A stretch of 38,480 nt of DNA from the NCBI RefSeq assembly GCF_000485595.1, contig NW_014577092.1:478200-516679 (forward strand). The letters are read 5' to 3'. Made by a program: the position numbers and the translations under genes. Below the pieces are notes generated by a model. That model was not told the DNA's origin. It saw only the letters and a program-made list of their open reading frames with translations, and did not search any database. Of this stretch, positions 35,001 to 38,480 are shown in pieces; position 1 is the stretch's first letter; every line of letters starts with the position of its first letter. Source of the stretch: Priapulus caudatus. Taxonomy: Eukaryota.

Positions 35001-36339
35001 ATTATTACACGAAGACGAACTCGAATATGATAAGGTCACGTGTCTTTTTCTATGCAATGTTCTCACGCCGAAACATTTAATTTATATATCATCTCCAAAC
35101 ATCGAATTTGTGCGCTTCAATACCTAAACTTGTTCGACAGTCACGTTTATTTCTTTCGTTTCTCTCGTTCACGAGGTTTTCGTGACCCCAAGCACGAACG
35201 AATGAATAACTGGCAATCGTTAATTTCCGTTAGCGATCTATGTTGTCCATAAACCTTTTATCTTAAAGTACGCGCTCTAGGATAGACGGCCGACTCTAAA
35301 AATAACAGAAAGAATCACGGTCCAGAGAAACCTAGAGTCAGCAGCTCTTTGATTATTTGTCCTAGGACCATATCGTTCGCAACATGTTCTGAAAAATTAA
35401 TTACACACCAGGTGTACGTAACTGTTATACAATCAACTAGAAAATTACTAGACATCGTCCTCCGAATGTGAGATCACCGAATGTGAAATCATATTCATCT
35501 CTGAGCGAGACAGCAAGAATATAAAGCCGATTTTACCCGCAAATTGGGCATGCGCGCTCGCTCCCGAATTCTTTCACGTTATAGTTTCGCGGCTTTGTTT
35601 TACATCTTGACGGTCGCCGTTTCACAATTCGTCGCCGTTTACAACACCGTGATTTTATCATAGAGATTACGTACTAACATTTCATCAAATACGCAACGCA
35701 AACGACTCGATTCTGAAATGCTGAACGGAAATTCGCGGCGCAATTCGAAGTCATCGTCGCCTTCTCACACGTTCGCCTTGTTTTCCGAGTCCGGCTACGA
35801 TTAATCAGAGCCTTATAGTATCGTCTGCATGAGCACGCACGTCGCCACGAACGTTTCGCACGTGCTTGCAGACTCCACGCTCTCCGACGACCACGCGCCA
35901 CCGAGATTTCGTTAGCACGTTTCTCGAATTCGTTTTGTGAAACTACGAGAAGAACCATTCCGGTTGTAATGTGATCACAAATTATACCGCGTTTGTTATA
36001 ATCTCAGGCACTCTCTCGCTCGCTCTCTGTTTCTCTCTCTCTCTCGCTCGCTCGCACTCTGTTTCTCTTTTGTTTTCTCTCTCTCACGCGCTCTTTCTCT
36101 CTCTCTCTCGTTCTTCCGCTCTCGTTCTCCTTCCCGCTTTTTATCATTATATCTATCTCCAGTTTCGCCACGCTCATTCTCTCCAGCTCCCCATTATTCC
36201 CGCCTTCACCCGCTCTCATCACCACCTCCTCTTCCTCGGCATTTCTCTATCGCCCAGCAACAGCGCTAGCGTGAGATGATGAGCAAGCATCCAGGCTACG
36301 AGGCAGACGCTGCATGACGCGGCCGGCAGCTAACCTAGC

Positions 36340-36880
36340 CCGCTGGTTGGCTTAATGGCTGATGATGCGGGCTTACGCATGCGTAATTATGCGACGCGCC
36401 TGGTTAAGTGCTTATAGATTTCATGTGCACAAGTCCCCGCGGAATCAGACGGCTCACTCCGACCCCGCAGCCCAACCCTGACCCCGCCCCCTGCGCCCCT
36501 CACCACCACCAGCCTACACCACTGCGCATACTGGTCCGTTTACATGTGCTATCGCAGAAAATGAACTGATGCGGTCGGCACTTAAATACAGCAGCTGACG
36601 TCATCGTGGTAGGTCGCCATGCCGACGACGACGCGCCGTTCCCCTTGGCTCGGGCACCACTAATGACAGAGACGGGGCGAACCTGACGTAAACGTTTGTA
36701 CCGATAACGATGTGACATAATAAACTTGCGAGGTGGAATCGAATTGGCGCTGCTTGCACCGCACGATGCAGCTCAGATGCTGATGAGGACCCTTGTATCA
36801 GCGCGCCGCACACCGCAAGATAAATTGATTGCATCATCGATCACTTCATTTTCCAATCATGGCCGCTCCTTAATCACCCA
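36340..36880. promoter_or_regulatory. Candidate cis-regulatory island (homeodomain, NK2, GC box, E-box/CRE, Pbx/Cut-like motifs)
   Basis: TTAATGG at 36352; TTACGCATGCGTAA palindrome at 36373-36386; TAATTA at 36384; TTAAGTG at 36404; CCCCGCCCC at 36482; CAGCTG overlapping TGACGTCA at 36592-36603; TGATTG, ATCGAT, CCAATCA and TAATCA at 36826-36876. Confidence 0.35.
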
Positions 36881-38004
36881 TTCTTCGGTGGCGCGCGCGT
36901 ACACGTGATCGATCCGGTAGGATAAAGGAAAATAACGTATGTAGGAGGGGGCAAGGTCGATGCGGTGGGATGGTTAGAGAACAACGCTGTCCGTAACAGC
37001 ACTCGTAGAATACAGCTCACAGCGCGAGATGCAGCCAGCGAGTTCTAAATTATTAAACAGCTCCTCTAGACTGGTCACAAGTCCGCGTCTGCCGTCTGGT
37101 TGTGCCAATGTTCTATGGCATACGGACGCCGTCTACAACTGATCTGTGAAACGCTATTATATACGCTTGGATGTCTATATGGAAAATCACCCTCTCACGG
37201 GGCTCAGTCGAGTATACCTGATAACAGGACAGCTAGGATATAACTAGCGCAGCAGGATCCCGCGGAATGGCCCTGTCATTGTCACGTCATTGCGGTCACG
37301 TCCACAGCGCTTGTCGGCCAACTGTTTTTTTCGCCCTTCACCTAGATGAGGTGGCGGGAGACATTCATTCTTTGCAATACATTTGGTGCGCCAAAAAAAC
37401 ACAGACAAATCTCTTCGGGTGATTTCTCTCTCGCGCCCTCCCACTCTTCTCTGTCACATGCACGCGCGCTCCCACGCGCTCTCTCACTCCCACTCTCGCT
37501 CGCTCTCTCTCTCACTGCTCTCCCATACCACTCTCTCTCTCCCCTCTTGCAATCCCTGCGGGGCCCACGAGTACAAATACGCAGGCGCTGTTCGTGTGTA
37601 TTCGCGTCAATTCCTCACACAACGCGTATCAATGGTATTTCATCTTCGACGTGTGCCGCGCCGCCGCTTACGTTTATTAAATAAATGGTCCTTGACTCTG
37701 TTCTCGGCAAATTACCACAGGACAGTTCGCGGCCGCATTCAATTACCGAGTCTTACATCGACCCGGCGGCCGCGTGACGTCATAGAGCGCGTCACGTGCA
37801 CGCTCACATGAGATAGCGCATCGTGGAAATCGAAAAGGTTTCAAATCCGACTTCATCTATTATTGGTTTTCCTTCTTCATATTTTTCTCATCTCTGTGCG
37901 GCTTTTGTTTATTTCATGATTGCTATTACGTGCCTTCTTTCTTTTGCTCTCCCCTCTCCGACCTTCTCGCTCTATCAAACACACACTTAGTTTACCCTGT
38001 TCCC

Positions 38005-38157
38005 TCTCTGTCTCCCTGTCTGTCTGTCTCTCTTGCTGTCTGTTCGTTTATCCGTCCGTCTGTCCGTCAGTCCGCCCGTCCGTCCGTCCATTCGTTCGCC
38101 CTTTCGTCCGCCCGTCCATCCGTCCGTCCGTCAGTCTCTCTGTGTGTCTGTCTGCCT
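38005..38157. repeat. Degenerate (GTCC/GTCT)n tract
   Basis: Seen directly. Confidence 0.8.
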
Positions 38158-38430
38158 GACACTCTCGCGCTCGTTCGCTCTATACCTGACTGTTTCTCTT
38201 GCCTGCTTTGTTACACACACGCTATTCTCCTTCAGTATCCCTCTGCATATCTCACTCGCGTCATTCTTATAATCTGTCTCTACTTCAGGTTGTCATCATC
38301 TATTTCGTTTTATACGCTCCCGATTACCAATAGCTGTCACCTTCATCTCCGCTTCCGACACCACGATATAATTTCCTGTGCCTTTCAGAACAAAGGCGAT
38401 GCTCCAGCGTCATCTTACCGTATGTGTATA

Positions 38431-38433
<3 letters not shown>

Positions 38434-38480
<47 letters not shown>
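38434..38480. repeat. (CT)n microsatellite, running to the window edge
   Basis: Seen directly. Confidence 0.95.

Noticed and set aside
37067..37135. Third TAGAC...GTCTA micro-element
   Set aside because: Only a short imperfect TIR and no flanking duplication.

Overview
This 38.5-kb window is eukaryotic, almost certainly from a draft assembly of an invertebrate animal; the taxon is inferred from composition only. It has five N-gaps, very dense microsatellites and no obvious CpG depletion. I cannot support any intact protein-coding gene, tRNA, rRNA or CRISPR array: nearly all ORFs in the track are translations of simple repeats. What the sequence does support: (i) several small non-autonomous DNA transposons (MITE-like), including a 201-bp foldback with an 8-bp target-site duplication (TSD), a 187-bp element with perfect 16-bp terminal inverted repeats (TIRs), a 281-bp element with telomere-like repeats and a 6-bp TSD, and two ~85-bp TAGACTG...CAGTCTA elements; (ii) a weakly supported, highly decayed Gypsy-like LTR retroelement remnant at ~14.4-15.3 kb; (iii) many mini- and microsatellites; (iv) several unique-sequence islands rich in homeodomain, NK2 and CRE motifs that look like cis-regulatory modules. 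Together these suggest an intergenic gene desert or a large intron. I found no convincing novel multi-gene biological system.
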